Below the pieces are notes generated by a model. The model was not told the DNA's origin and did not search any database. It saw only the letters and a program-made list of their open reading frames with translations. Shown piece after piece: positions 27,840 through 37,282 of a stretch of 64,000 nt of DNA. A program made the position numbers and the translations under genes. The stretch is from positions 64,001 through 128,000 of the IMG/VR virus record IMGVR_UViG_3300037067_007264; one strand, written 5' to 3'. The stretch comes from a virus. Lineage: Duplodnaviria; Caudoviricetes. Each line of letters opens with the position of its first letter. Position 1 is the stretch's first letter.

Positions 27840-28172
27840 ATGACCCCTAGGACGATTGACCTTGTTGGCGGACCGGACAAATTCCAAGAAGAATTGGAAG
27901 ATCTGATCCGATTGTCAATGCCCCTTGAGAGGCGGTACCCGCTGGTACTTCAGTTCTTAGGGGACCCTTGGGATTATGAAGTCTACGTTTGGGAAGAACC
28001 CCTATGGAATGGTACCCCCAGAGGAGACATCATTCATTGTTGCTGGACCAAATGTAGGTTAGAAGTGGCCCATCGCAAGGATACTCCTCAAGATCAGGTA
28101 TACAATGGGGAGCTGGTCAAGACCTACGGGGAGCCAGCCCAGCTCAGGGTTACGTTATTCACGGAAACTTGA
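27840..28172 (+). CDS. hypothetical protein
   Basis: ATG 10 nt after GGTGTA 27824. Confidence 0.75.
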   Translation: MTPRTIDLVGGPDKFQEELEDLIRLSMPLERRYPLVLQFLGDPWDYEVYVWEEPLWNGTPRGDIIHCCWTKCRLEVAHRKDTPQDQVYNGELVKTYGEPAQLRVTLFTET

Positions 28173-28205
28173 TGAGACCTTAGTCTCTCACACGTAGTAC
28201 TGACC

Positions 28206-28517
28206 ATGGCAAAGAAGAAGTATCGCCTTACTTGGAGTAGAGAGCCAAATGAACAGGGTTTGGCCAGCGTCAGTCAAGGACCTCGAGGTGCTGTCCTCAA
28301 GGTCAATGGTGTTCGAGTTGGTCATGTATATGCTAACAGCATAGGTTTCCACGACTACAAGGGTTGGTATTGGGTAGCTCGTCACGGGGGCGCCGATGGT
28401 GACCCAACCATCCCTGAGATCCCCCTCAAGAACACCTGCAATACTCCAACCAAAGAGCTTGAAGACGCCAAGAAGGCGTGCGAAGCCTATGTTCGAGGGG
28501 TCTTAGATAAGGCCTGA
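28206..28517 (+). CDS. hypothetical protein, paralog of 26701 C-terminal domain
   Basis: class B 28173/28193; PRG..NGV.V..GW.W.A..NTCN..AK..C.A. Confidence 0.8.
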   Translation: MAKKKYRLTWSREPNEQGLASVSQGPRGAVLKVNGVRVGHVYANSIGFHDYKGWYWVARHGGADGDPTIPEIPLKNTCNTPTKELEDAKKACEAYVRGVLDKA

Positions 28518-28723
28518 CAGGATCCTCCAAAGGCATTGTCCTCCAAGAGACTATGGAAGCCTATCGAGTGATAGGCTTCCGAACAAGCCTCATAGTTGAT
28601 CCACTTCACATAGAGGTGGTTGCATTTGATACAAGTAACGGCCCCTGGACGTCCTGTCCACCGAAAGTTGCAAGAAACACACTGGTAGTGGGCGTCACGG
28701 AAGTCCACCTGCTTGTTCGGCAT
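28487..28723 (-). CDS. small zinc-ribbon protein
   Basis: CVSC..CIKC. Confidence 0.65.
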   Translation of the reverse strand: MPNKQVDFRDAHYQCVSCNFRWTGRPGAVTCIKCNHLYVKWINYEACSEAYHSIGFHSLLEDNAFGGSCQALSKTPRT

Positions 28724-28746
28724 AACTACCCGTTCTCACAAGCAGT

Positions 28747-29001
28747 TCAATCGTTCCAGGGGTGGCCGTTGGTGACCTCTTCGAGGAGCTTCGTGTAGTA
28801 AGCAATCTGAGCCTCAAGTCCTTGAATGGAGCACCCCTTGTGATGCTTGTCACCGTCTATCGAGATCTGCACGTTGGTCTTCCCGCACTCCCTACACTTC
28901 GGGTAGAACCTTCTATGAGTGAAGGCATCATCCAACCGACACTGCATCTTGCCGATTCTCTGTCGGAGGCGGTACTTGACGGGAGTGTGATTGGCCTTCA
29001 T
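28747..29001 (-). CDS. small CxxC..H..C protein
   Basis: class B variant 29034/29014. Confidence 0.75.
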   Translation of the reverse strand: MKANHTPVKYRLRQRIGKMQCRLDDAFTHRRFYPKCRECGKTNVQISIDGDKHHKGCSIQGLEAQIAYYTKLLEEVTNGHPWND

Positions 29002-29009
29002 GCACAGTA

Positions 29010-29237
29010 CTACGTTTGAGCGGGTGGGATCTCTTCAGTATCCGGGAGTTTTATTTGAAGGTCCTTGTCCGGATGGTAGAGGGAGTAGTCTACTCCAGTG
29101 GCTATCTTAATACTCCCGTTCGGTTGAGGGGTGACCTCCGAGACTCTTTCCCATCCAAAGTAAGTGCAGATACTGATACCTACCATGTCACCTACCTTGA
29201 TGTCCTTAGCCTTTACGTCGAGGGTCTTGTCGTTCAT
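29010..29237 (-). CDS. small beta-barrel-like protein
   Basis: VKAKDIKVGDMV; AAGGA SD. Confidence 0.7.
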   Translation of the reverse strand: MNDKTLDVKAKDIKVGDMVGISICTYFGWERVSEVTPQPNGSIKIATGVDYSLYHPDKDLQIKLPDTEEIPPAQT

Positions 29238-29249
29238 TGCGGTTCCTTT

Positions 29250-29392
29250 GAAGTCATAGATCTAGCTGAGGTAACTAGCCGGTAGATTCGAACTACCTAC
29301 GACTAGCCAGTCGTATTCCAGATTCGAACTGGTTGGGTGATCAAGCCCTATCCCCTATGGAAACCAGTTACCTCAGCTAGATCTATGACTTC
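29250..29392 (-). ncRNA. tRNA-like structured RNA with two T-arms
   Basis: perfect 27-bp inverted repeat enclosing five hairpins, two with TTCGAAT loops. Confidence 0.7.
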
Positions 29393-29508
29393 TTGTTAGT
29401 CTCTTTCAGGCCTTCCTTTACCTCAGCCTTGTTGTTCTGGCGGCGAGCCTTCTTGGAGCCAACCTTGGCCTCCTCGCGGGTAAACCAACGGGAGGTGGTG
29501 CCCTTCAT
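29383..29508 (-). CDS. 41-aa basic peptide not in the ORF track
   Basis: MKGTTSRWFTREEAKVGSKKARRQ..; starts 1 nt after upstream stop. Confidence 0.55.
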   Translation of the reverse strand: MKGTTSRWFTREEAKVGSKKARRQNNKAEVKEGLKETNKKS

Positions 29509-29509
29509 C

Positions 29510-30043
29510 TCAGTCTTTACTTTTGCGCGTAGTGCCACGTTTTTGGGCTTTCTTCTCGAACAACTTTGGAAAGTTCTGCTGAATTAGGTTAGCATCCCGT
29601 TCGAGATCTTCAAGGTTAGCAGAACTCCTCAGGAACGGGATGATCCCAGTATTGTCACTACTGAGGAAGTCGAACACGAAACACCCTGAGAACTCCCCGT
29701 TGTGTTGATCTCGATGTAGTCGAAGGACTGGGATTTCGTGAAGCTTTCCCTTAGAAGCTACAATCGAGAGGGTCCGTCCATCTTTTGAGATGAGAGGTTT
29801 GACCCCACGTGTGACAAGCTCACCTACAAGCTTCCCAAGGTAGACTCGAATCTTGTCTTCCATGCTAGCCACCTTGGATTCAGAGTCCAAAGCCCTTTGA
29901 ATAGCTTCCTCCAAAGATGCCTTGATTCGTTGCTTGTTGGCATCGTACTGAGAGACACCGCACTTGGAGGAGATGAAGGTTTGCATGAACCCGAAGTCCA
30001 TGAGAATTTGAGATGCCTTGGAGGCTACTTGTTTTGAGTTCAT
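29510..30043 (-). CDS. hypothetical protein
   Basis: class B 30079/30059. Confidence 0.8.
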   Translation of the reverse strand: MNSKQVASKASQILMDFGFMQTFISSKCGVSQYDANKQRIKASLEEAIQRALDSESKVASMEDKIRVYLGKLVGELVTRGVKPLISKDGRTLSIVASKGKLHEIPVLRLHRDQHNGEFSGCFVFDFLSSDNTGIIPFLRSSANLEDLERDANLIQQNFPKLFEKKAQKRGTTRKSKD

Positions 30044-30093
30044 TCTGTTTAGTACTACGTTTGAGGGGTTAGGATCTCACAACTTTTTTCAAG

Positions 30094-30300
30094 TTACCCC
30101 TCTTCGGGGGTTTCATAGGTATCCTCGAGTGCACTATCAATAGCTCGCTCCGCTTTCAGACAGGCTTCTTCGGTAGCCTCAAGTTCTTCTTCGGTCACTT
30201 GACCTAAACAAGCCAACTGGAGGGCTCGAGTTCTCTCCCGTCTCCTCTCATCCCATGCGTTACGGGCTAGGACCAATTGATGATAGGCCTCTTGATTCAT
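30094..30300 (-). CDS. small helical protein
   Basis: class B 30333/30313, leaderless. Confidence 0.75.
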   Translation of the reverse strand: MNQEAYHQLVLARNAWDERRRERTRALQLACLGQVTEEELEATEEACLKAERAIDSALEDTYETPEEG

Positions 30301-30392
30301 ACCCTATACTACGGATGAGTTCGATGAATCTCACCACATTTCAACAGGCCGACTTTACTTGTGGTAAGAATCTGGTGTAATACCACAGTCTC

Positions 30393-30941
30393 ATGATCAT
30401 TACGCGTAAAGAGGGTCACGAATACTGGGCTACGCCTGACCCTTGGGATCCGGCTCTGTACTCTGACTATGTCATTGTCAGAAACTCGACGTCCTCATTG
30501 TTCCTGGTCGACGGTGGACGTGAACTAGGACCCTCGAATCAATGTGAGGAGTGGCAGTTTACCCTACTTGGGATTACTGGGAGTGAGGTAGAGCCAGAGG
30601 TTGGAGAGCGGTTTGGTTTCACGGTTGTCCAAGAGCGAGTCTATCCCGTCTGTTGCGAGTACGGTCAGAATCTTTACTGGAGATGGCCCTCCCCGAGCAC
30701 CAGGCGGTGTTCAGGAGTTCCAGAGCCCGGATGGTACACTGGCATAGCCTGTACTTCCTACAGTGTCTGGCAGCCAACCAACGGCATCTGTCCAGGTTGT
30801 GGGGAGCCTCTTCCAGAACCTGGGATTGGGGAGCAAGTCCGAGGGCGTCAGCATCTCATCGGTCTCCTGAAGGGACACCTTCAACTGATTCCAAGGTCAA
30901 GCTACCCAACTCGATTTGATCGAATACTCAAACAACCTTAG
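30393..30941 (+). CDS. Cys-containing protein with C-terminal TRFDR tag
   Basis: ends YPTRFDRILKQP; GGTGTA 30374. Confidence 0.8.
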   Translation: MIITRKEGHEYWATPDPWDPALYSDYVIVRNSTSSLFLVDGGRELGPSNQCEEWQFTLLGITGSEVEPEVGERFGFTVVQERVYPVCCEYGQNLYWRWPSPSTRRCSGVPEPGWYTGIACTSYSVWQPTNGICPGCGEPLPEPGIGEQVRGRQHLIGLLKGHLQLIPRSSYPTRFDRILKQP

Positions 30942-30949
30942 GTACTTAG

Positions 30950-31225
30950 ATGAGAATCCCCATTCATATTGTTGGAATTAATGAGACCAAAAATATGGAA
31001 GTGACCCATACCATTGGGCATGGGGGTGCTGGCCAAGTAGTCTATCATGGATCTCGTTACTGCCTTGACTTAGAGCTTCCTGACGGAACGGTCATCACAA
31101 TCGATGTAGGCCACCAGACTCTAAATCAAATGTGCCAAATCTCAGAAGAATTCCTACTAAGGGAGAAGGCCAAGTTCAATCAACCCCCGCCGACTAGGTT
31201 CGAGCGTATTTTGATTGGTGACTAA
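30950..31225 (+). CDS. protein with C-terminal TRFER tag
   Basis: ends PPTRFERILIGD. Confidence 0.8.
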   Translation: MRIPIHIVGINETKNMEVTHTIGHGGAGQVVYHGSRYCLDLELPDGTVITIDVGHQTLNQMCQISEEFLLREKAKFNQPPPTRFERILIGD

Positions 31226-31267
31226 CCCCTGGGATACCATTGAATTCAATATGTATGCCATTTATGT

Positions 31268-31975
31268 ATGGCATCCCACAGAAAACTGAAGTTTCTCAAG
31301 TTTCGAGTTGAGGTTCGTAGCCCTGATGCGTACTATTGTATTGAAAGAGGAACCAGTATGTCAAACGGGGGCAATCTTTTATCGATTCCGAGTGACCGTG
31401 GAGTAGGGAGAGTGGTTTTGAATACCAACGTAACGGTTGGTAACTTTGTGATCCACGTTCAGACGGAAGAAGTAAAGCCAAAGAAGCTGATTGTTACCTA
31501 CGTTTTATACGAGGGTCAGGTCATTGACCGAGTAGAGCGTGGGTACACTGCTCACGAGGACAAGCCAAACCTTAGAGAGCTTATCTCAAAGGTGGCGGAG
31601 GCTCAGCACAGTAAGAAGATTAGGGAGGTCCCGGGTATTTGGGAAGGGTTCAGCAAGAACCTAAAGATATCGATCAAGCCTCCCAAGAGAACCACCTTGA
31701 GACCTGTTCCGATGCCAGTAGCCCCGAAGCTGGATGCAGCCAAGGCTTTGGAGTTGTTCGAGCTAGGGCTAACCCTGTACAAGGAAGATCCTCTGAAAGC
31801 TCAGGAGGCGTGGGAAGAAGCTGCTCACCTCGACCCCGACAATAAAGTCTACCGGGTCAACCTGAAGAAGCTGAGAGACCTGGCCCATGGGGTGTTGATC
31901 AACGACAAGAAGTCCGGTTGCTTCTCAGCATGCTTCAAGCCATCAACGACTCTCAGGTTGGTCAAGGCTGGGTAA
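31268..31975 (+). CDS. TPR-like repeat protein
   Basis: ALELFELGLTLY..AQEAWEEAAHLDPDN; N-domain NTNV..HVQTE..EAQH. Confidence 0.75.
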   Translation: MASHRKLKFLKFRVEVRSPDAYYCIERGTSMSNGGNLLSIPSDRGVGRVVLNTNVTVGNFVIHVQTEEVKPKKLIVTYVLYEGQVIDRVERGYTAHEDKPNLRELISKVAEAQHSKKIREVPGIWEGFSKNLKISIKPPKRTTLRPVPMPVAPKLDAAKALELFELGLTLYKEDPLKAQEAWEEAAHLDPDNKVYRVNLKKLRDLAHGVLINDKKSGCFSACFKPSTTLRLVKAG

Positions 31976-31977
31976 CC

Positions 31978-32247
31978 TCACCTAACGGACCCAAATTTTC
32001 GCTTCCAAGTAACGAGGGTTCCAACGTGAACCCCTAAGAATTCCGATAGCTTATTTAGGTCTGAACCGTAGGCCGCTATGTACTGGGCTACGTCCTTTTT
32101 GAGCCACTCAGGGTAATTGGGGGCACAATCACGGCACTGACTCTGTAGGGTAAAAGCGTCGGGGATTGAGGTCTCCTCTTCGTCATCCTCGTCCTCAAGA
32201 TCCTCGTCCTCTTCGTCAAGATCGTCATCATCATCCAAGTCAGCCAT
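31978..32247 (-). CDS. acidic N-terminus plus HTH protein
   Basis: LNKLSEFLGVHVGTLVTWKRKF; GGTGTA 32260-32265 (minus). Confidence 0.75.
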   Translation of the reverse strand: MADLDDDDDLDEEDEDLEDEDDEEETSIPDAFTLQSQCRDCAPNYPEWLKKDVAQYIAAYGSDLNKLSEFLGVHVGTLVTWKRKFGSVR

Positions 32248-32335
32248 GTTTCATTGGGTTACACCGACTAGGGAGCCAACCCATATATTTTGAAGAAAAA
32301 GTTGAGATCTGAAACCCTCACGCGTATTAAATAGC

Positions 32336-33280
32336 ATGGCTAACGAGATCACATTTAAGAAGCTACGGGACGGAAGCTGGGGCATTGCAGGGAAAAACCT
32401 GACAGTCGGGCAAACGGTTACTGTACAGAAGAGATCTGGTGAGACTAGTAGAGTGACCGTTAGTACTATTGTGTGGAAGGGCTCTGATGGCTCTTGCTAC
32501 GCTTCAATAGTAACAACCGGTGCTCCTAGCTCGGACACATCAAGTCAGACTACCTCCACCAAAACAACTCGCCGATCGTCTTCAGGTGTCAGCCGTCGGC
32601 GAAGTCGACGAGAGCCGAAGCATGAAGGTGTCAAGGAAGGCAAGTACTGCTCTTCTCGTGAAGGTGATGAGGGTGACACTGTTGGTCGGGTCTGCTACCT
32701 CAAGAGTCAAGGCAAGCGTATTCCAGTGGTAGTTGTGGGCTGGGAAACCGATTACTGCAAAGAAGATGGGCTTTCATTCGGACTGCCGATGGATGAAGGG
32801 TACTACACTCGGGTGTGTTACCGGGATGCCAATGAGCAAGAAGCCAAGGATCTGGAAGCAGAAGAAGGATCTAAGAAGACAGCCAAGGACAATGCGGCCC
32901 TCGTCGCCAAGCAGGCTCTTGAAGCAGCCATGAACACGGCACGTGTTCCTCTGGAGGGTCTTACCAAGAGTGATAGCCTCCTAGCACCAAAAGGTACTCG
33001 AACGCCTGTTGGTTCTTACAAGAACGGATTCGGGAACAGTGTATCAATCACCAAGATTGAACTCGAGAGTGGGTTGGTTGTTTACCACGAGATGATCTCG
33101 ATATACGATGATCAACGGGATTACATCTGGGGAACGGTGGAGGATTTGAGTGTTCTGTACGAACAGAGGCTTGCTGAGAATCCAGTGACCGTCGAAGAAG
33201 CTCGAGCATACTTAGACAAGTACTATGGATGCTACGGATCAAGTCTTTACCAATACGTTGTAGACAAGGAGCAAGGATAG
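32336..33280 (+). CDS. hypothetical protein
   Basis: class B 32303/32323, leaderless. Confidence 0.85.
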   Translation: MANEITFKKLRDGSWGIAGKNLTVGQTVTVQKRSGETSRVTVSTIVWKGSDGSCYASIVTTGAPSSDTSSQTTSTKTTRRSSSGVSRRRSRREPKHEGVKEGKYCSSREGDEGDTVGRVCYLKSQGKRIPVVVVGWETDYCKEDGLSFGLPMDEGYYTRVCYRDANEQEAKDLEAEEGSKKTAKDNAALVAKQALEAAMNTARVPLEGLTKSDSLLAPKGTRTPVGSYKNGFGNSVSITKIELESGLVVYHEMISIYDDQRDYIWGTVEDLSVLYEQRLAENPVTVEEARAYLDKYYGCYGSSLYQYVVDKEQG

Positions 33281-33288
33281 GAACCATC

Positions 33289-33663
33289 ATGAGAGAACCA
33301 AGAGTTCGCTATATTGGAGTAGGAAATCCAGGAGTCCCCTATGGACGAACTGGAGTTGTAACAGAGGGTATGGCCCCAGGGATTGTCACGGTTAAGTGGG
33401 ATCCCTGTCCTACCTGCGAACACCCAGTGAACATGTCGAGTACCGCCCTAGTCAACTTGGAAGAAGTATCTTTGATCCCTCGATGCAAGCGTCCGACTCG
33501 GCCCGGGATGTACCTAATCAAACGCAAGAATTCTTCAAAACAAGAACTTGCCAGCGTCGAGCAAGATTCAAGTACCCTCTGTGTCAGTTATAGCAGTAGT
33601 AAGGGGCCAGTTGATGAGATGGCTGCTGAGACCCTCTGGTGGGGCCCCTTAGACTGCCAGTAG
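33289..33663 (+). CDS. hypothetical protein
   Basis: AGGA SD; operon. Confidence 0.7.
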   Translation: MREPRVRYIGVGNPGVPYGRTGVVTEGMAPGIVTVKWDPCPTCEHPVNMSSTALVNLEEVSLIPRCKRPTRPGMYLIKRKNSSKQELASVEQDSSTLCVSYSSSKGPVDEMAAETLWWGPLDCQ

Positions 33664-33678
33664 AAAGTAGGCTAGCTC

Positions 33679-34023
33679 ATGTTCAAAAGCATCAAAACAT
33701 CCAAAGTGACTCAAGCCGCGATAACCTGCACGGATCTCCTCAGAAGTCTATTCAACGAGGAGATTTTCTGTGGTGACTCAGCAGTACAGACCATGGTTCG
33801 CAGTCAGCTTGAGGCCTACGATAACGCCGAGGATGATCCCAATGAGTTGAATGAAGACGACTACATAGCCAAACGGAATCGAGTTGATCAGAGGATCCGC
33901 CTCATCATCCACGAAAGCTTTGGGGTTGAAGCTTCGGGATCTACAATCGATGAGGCTCTTGACTGTCTCGAAGATCAATGCCAACAGGCCAAGATCAGAC
34001 TTCGGAAAGCAGGAACCTCATGA
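33679..34023 (+). CDS. hypothetical protein
   Basis: operon. Confidence 0.75.
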   Translation: MFKSIKTSKVTQAAITCTDLLRSLFNEEIFCGDSAVQTMVRSQLEAYDNAEDDPNELNEDDYIAKRNRVDQRIRLIIHESFGVEASGSTIDEALDCLEDQCQQAKIRLRKAGTS

Positions 34024-34238
34024 AGTTTCTCTCCCTTTGGACATGGCTGATCATCCTATCGGTCTGGAAGTATCTACCCCCGACTCATCCTTGGAAGCAA
34101 CGTAAGCAGTGCTTTACCCTCCGTGAATGGTACGAAGGGTGCACTCAGGTTAGTCACATGTTCGACCTGTGCTTCTGGGCATTCGCCGTTACATCCCCGA
34201 TGATCCTCAAGATTCTCATCAACAATCTATTTACTTGA
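34020..34238 (+). CDS. small membrane protein
   Basis: ATGA coupling; two hydrophobic segments. Confidence 0.65.
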   Translation: MKFLSLWTWLIILSVWKYLPPTHPWKQRKQCFTLREWYEGCTQVSHMFDLCFWAFAVTSPMILKILINNLFT

Positions 34239-34249
34239 ACCGAGTATCT

Positions 34250-34849
34250 ATGTCGAATCCAATGCCCTCTACTCCACTCTTTATTAAGTATTCAGGCCCT
34301 CATACTCGCGAGCGGGCGTGGTCGTACACTGATAATGCAGTCACCCAATTGAAAGAGGAAGGTTATCCTGTCCAATATCTGTCTGTGTCGATAGATCCGG
34401 CCGTTTCCTACATAGTTGACCCACGTTCTAACCTACCCAGGATGTGCTTCACGATCATTGAGACCGAACTTGGAATACTCACAGTCAGGTTTGGAGCTAT
34501 TTGGTTAGAGTCAGTAGTCAACTATCGAGACCCTGATGAGTTTGTGACGGACTCAAAAGAACACGTTCGCAAGACCGTAAATCGAATCGTAAGTGAGGTC
34601 AAAGAACGGTACCAGGCCGAGCTTGATTACCTAGCGAAGGAGGAGGAGACCAAGCATCGCCGCGATGCCATGGCAACCACCCTCTTAGCACTTGGGGAGG
34701 AGTTCCCTGAGTACAAGACCCTCTTGAGTGTGGGTACCAAAGGCACTCTCATCTTCAACTTCGAGTCCGAGACCGAAGATGCCCCCGAAATCAGAGCTAT
34801 CTTGGAGGCCCTCAGTTCGGCCCAAGTTGATCTTTCCCCGTGCGAATAA
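34250..34849 (+). CDS. hypothetical protein; C-terminus loosely like 21012..21590
   Basis: LGEEFPEYK..KGT vs LHEDFPRYK..KGT. Confidence 0.75.
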   Translation: MSNPMPSTPLFIKYSGPHTRERAWSYTDNAVTQLKEEGYPVQYLSVSIDPAVSYIVDPRSNLPRMCFTIIETELGILTVRFGAIWLESVVNYRDPDEFVTDSKEHVRKTVNRIVSEVKERYQAELDYLAKEEETKHRRDAMATTLLALGEEFPEYKTLLSVGTKGTLIFNFESETEDAPEIRAILEALSSAQVDLSPCE

Positions 34850-34886
34850 CCCCTGAGATCCGGACCTTTCACACGTAGTACTGATC

Positions 34887-35408
34887 ATGGCAACCTATCG
34901 AGACACTCTAGTCCAAGCCCTCATAGAGTGGCCAAGCTTATACCTGAATGAAGACGACGTCTTAGACCAGATGTTCTTCACGGTTGGGGGTGGGTATGAG
35001 TGGAAAAACGGCCAATTGGTTGATGTTGACCTGGAGTATCCACCAAGTCCCGGACTCGAGAAGAGACGGGCAGACCCTTGGAAAACCCGTCTTGAGAATA
35101 GAGAGTACCGAGAGTCATGCTCGAAGTACACGGGTTATGGATGTGTCTACTTCCAGATGAGATCTGGTCACATTGGAAGAAGAATGAACACTATGTTCGG
35201 GAACTGCAGTACCCTCTGCAACCTCCCGGGTAACATAAAACCTGACTGGCTCGCAGCCGCCAAGCGAGCCATTAGGTATGCCAAGTCGAACCGAATGAAG
35301 ACTACCATTGTCCAGTGGGCGTGGTTAACGTCAGTGGTTGCTCGGATCAAGGAGATAGAGTACATCCAAAAACCGGTGAAGAAGTCTCGCAGAAAGAAGG
35401 CCGCCTAA
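34887..35408 (+). CDS. hypothetical protein
   Basis: class B 34854/34874, leaderless. Confidence 0.85.
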   Translation: MATYRDTLVQALIEWPSLYLNEDDVLDQMFFTVGGGYEWKNGQLVDVDLEYPPSPGLEKRRADPWKTRLENREYRESCSKYTGYGCVYFQMRSGHIGRRMNTMFGNCSTLCNLPGNIKPDWLAAAKRAIRYAKSNRMKTTIVQWAWLTSVVARIKEIEYIQKPVKKSRRKKAA

Positions 35409-35704
35409 TGCTATTTGTGACCCAACCCTACGATCAGGAGGGGACCTGGTGCCTGGTGAACAACACCGAGAAGGCTCGGGTGTCAGAGCAGGTTGCTGTG
35501 GCCCTCTTTCACATGGGGGTTCCGATCCTGAATGACTTTCCCCATCTCAACCAGTTAGGCACTTCGTGGCCAGACGTGGACTTCTCCAAGATGACAGATT
35601 TCAGCAAGCGGAGTCAGCAGACACTCAGCCAGGATGCTCTCAGGATTGCAATAAAAGGTCTCTACATCTCGGGCAAAGCTGATAGGATACTGAGTAACCC
35701 ATGA
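35408..35704 (+). CDS. hypothetical protein
   Basis: TAATG coupling. Confidence 0.7.
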   Translation: MLFVTQPYDQEGTWCLVNNTEKARVSEQVAVALFHMGVPILNDFPHLNQLGTSWPDVDFSKMTDFSKRSQQTLSQDALRIAIKGLYISGKADRILSNP

Positions 35705-35952
35705 GCGAACGACAAGCAGAGATCAACAGTGAGATTCTATACTTCATTGCAACAGGTGAGGACACTGTTCGATCAGACATTGAGAGGACCTTCGATAACT
35801 ACACAGGTGAGGAGCTCGAGGTTGCCCTCACTGGTCTGGCCATGAATGGGTGCATTGATTGCCAGAATGGATTGTTACTGGTAACTTCCAAAGGACGGAC
35901 TCGCGTTGAGGAATACAAGAAGTCACTACCGAAAACGGTAAGGAAGTTCTAA
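35701..35952 (+). CDS. small winged-helix-like protein
   Basis: EILYFI..LEVALTGLAMNGCI..VTSKGR. Confidence 0.7.
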   Translation: MSERQAEINSEILYFIATGEDTVRSDIERTFDNYTGEELEVALTGLAMNGCIDCQNGLLLVTSKGRTRVEEYKKSLPKTVRKF

Positions 35953-35955
35953 CCT

Positions 35956-36168
35956 ATGATAGAGTTCAGGTATCTCAATCATGAGTACACTAACCCCAAG
36001 CCCCCTCGAAGCCTCAGGTGGGCATGTCCCTACTGCCGGAAGATGGGGTGGTGGGAGCCATCAGTTCATACGGGCCCCAAGCCCCTCTACGACCACAACA
36101 AGCTCGACGGAACCCGTTGTCATAAGGCAGTCGCCGCCGGTAAGCGGGAAGCTCAAAAGAACCAGTGA
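35956..36168 (+). CDS. small CxxC..H..C protein
   Basis: ACPYC..DH..RC. Confidence 0.65.
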   Translation: MIEFRYLNHEYTNPKPPRSLRWACPYCRKMGWWEPSVHTGPKPLYDHNKLDGTRCHKAVAAGKREAQKNQ

Positions 36169-36206
36169 AGGGTTCAAGGCCCAACTAAAGTTGGGCCTCA
36201 ACTCAA

Positions 36207-36614
36207 CTATCCGATCCCGAATTCCTTTCGGATCAGTGTTGGAGCATTACTTAGCATCTCACTAGCTCGGATGGTTCCGAGTCTGAGCACAAGTTGGAGG
36301 AAGTCTCGTTCTGGGGTAGGACTATCGAAGGCACTGAACTTGATAGTGGTCTTCGGAGCATCTTTCCAGGTGGTAAGTCTCAGTGGGGTAGGAGGTAAAA
36401 GTTGAGGGGCACTACCGGAAGCCGCCTTCTTCTTGTCTGTAGACCGCATATTGTAGATGAACTCGGGTGTTATCTTGACGCCCCTTGTTCTTGCAAAAGC
36501 AATGATGACCTTCACAGGTAAGTGATAAGTCTTTCGGACAAGTTCTGTTTTGAAACCCATGTCCCCAGGTCTACGGGTGAGGTGGATCTTAACCTCGATC
36601 TTCTTCGTTGTCAT
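36207..36614 (-). CDS. basic putative DNA-binding protein (paralog of 36652)
   Basis: FIYNMRS..LVLRLGTIRASEML. Confidence 0.75.
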   Translation of the reverse strand: MTTKKIEVKIHLTRRPGDMGFKTELVRKTYHLPVKVIIAFARTRGVKITPEFIYNMRSTDKKKAASGSAPQLLPPTPLRLTTWKDAPKTTIKFSAFDSPTPERDFLQLVLRLGTIRASEMLSNAPTLIRKEFGIG

Positions 36615-36651
36615 AGGGTGTCCTTAGTTGTAGGCATCAACCAATCTAGGG

Positions 36652-37053
36652 TCAGAGCCCTAGATTTTGAGTGAAAGTGGCCTCTGTTCGATCGATCAAT
36701 TCTCGAGCTTTGATAGTACCCAACTGGAGAATGAGTCTGGCCATAGCCTTTTCAGAGTGGGCATGATCACTATTCTTAGTGACTACTGCAGGCTTGGTTT
36801 CAACCTTGATGACCGCGGTAGGAGCTTCCTTGACAATAGCCGTGCTGGAGACCTTCTTCGAGGTCTTCCTCCTCATCTTTTTCTGGTCAACAGAACGGAT
36901 GTTGTAAACCAGGTTGCTCTTCAGATCAACGTTATGAGCCTTCGCATAAGCAACAAGCTCTTCAACTGAAGCATCAGGATTCTCTCGAATCAATGCTGAC
37001 ATGTACCCTCTAACTTCTGGACCAATGGATACTTGAATCTTAGTTTTCGGCAT
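36652..37053 (-). CDS. basic putative DNA-binding protein (paralog of 36207)
   Basis: LVYNIRS..LILQLGTIKARELI. Confidence 0.8.
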   Translation of the reverse strand: MPKTKIQVSIGPEVRGYMSALIRENPDASVEELVAYAKAHNVDLKSNLVYNIRSVDQKKMRRKTSKKVSSTAIVKEAPTAVIKVETKPAVVTKNSDHAHSEKAMARLILQLGTIKARELIDRTEATFTQNLGL

Positions 37054-37282
37054 TTGGTTATCTTCTCACTTAACTGATACTCAAACCATTGAGTATTACT
37101 GGTGATTCAATCAGAGTAACCATTAGAAGTCAATGAAAACTTAGATTATCGGCCACTAATCCGTTCTAAGCGGGTTAGTACTTCTCCGATGGGTACAAAA
37201 AGTCCTTCCGACCAACTAAGAAGTGGTATAGTGTCATTGTTTCTATGGTGAAAGTAACTGAATATTTGGGAAGTATTCCTGC

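Noticed and set aside
29250-29392. Retron msr-msd or MITE interpretation of the 27-bp inverted repeat
   Set aside because: No reverse transcriptase or transposase in the window, no target-site duplication seen, single copy; T-loops favour a tRNA-like RNA.
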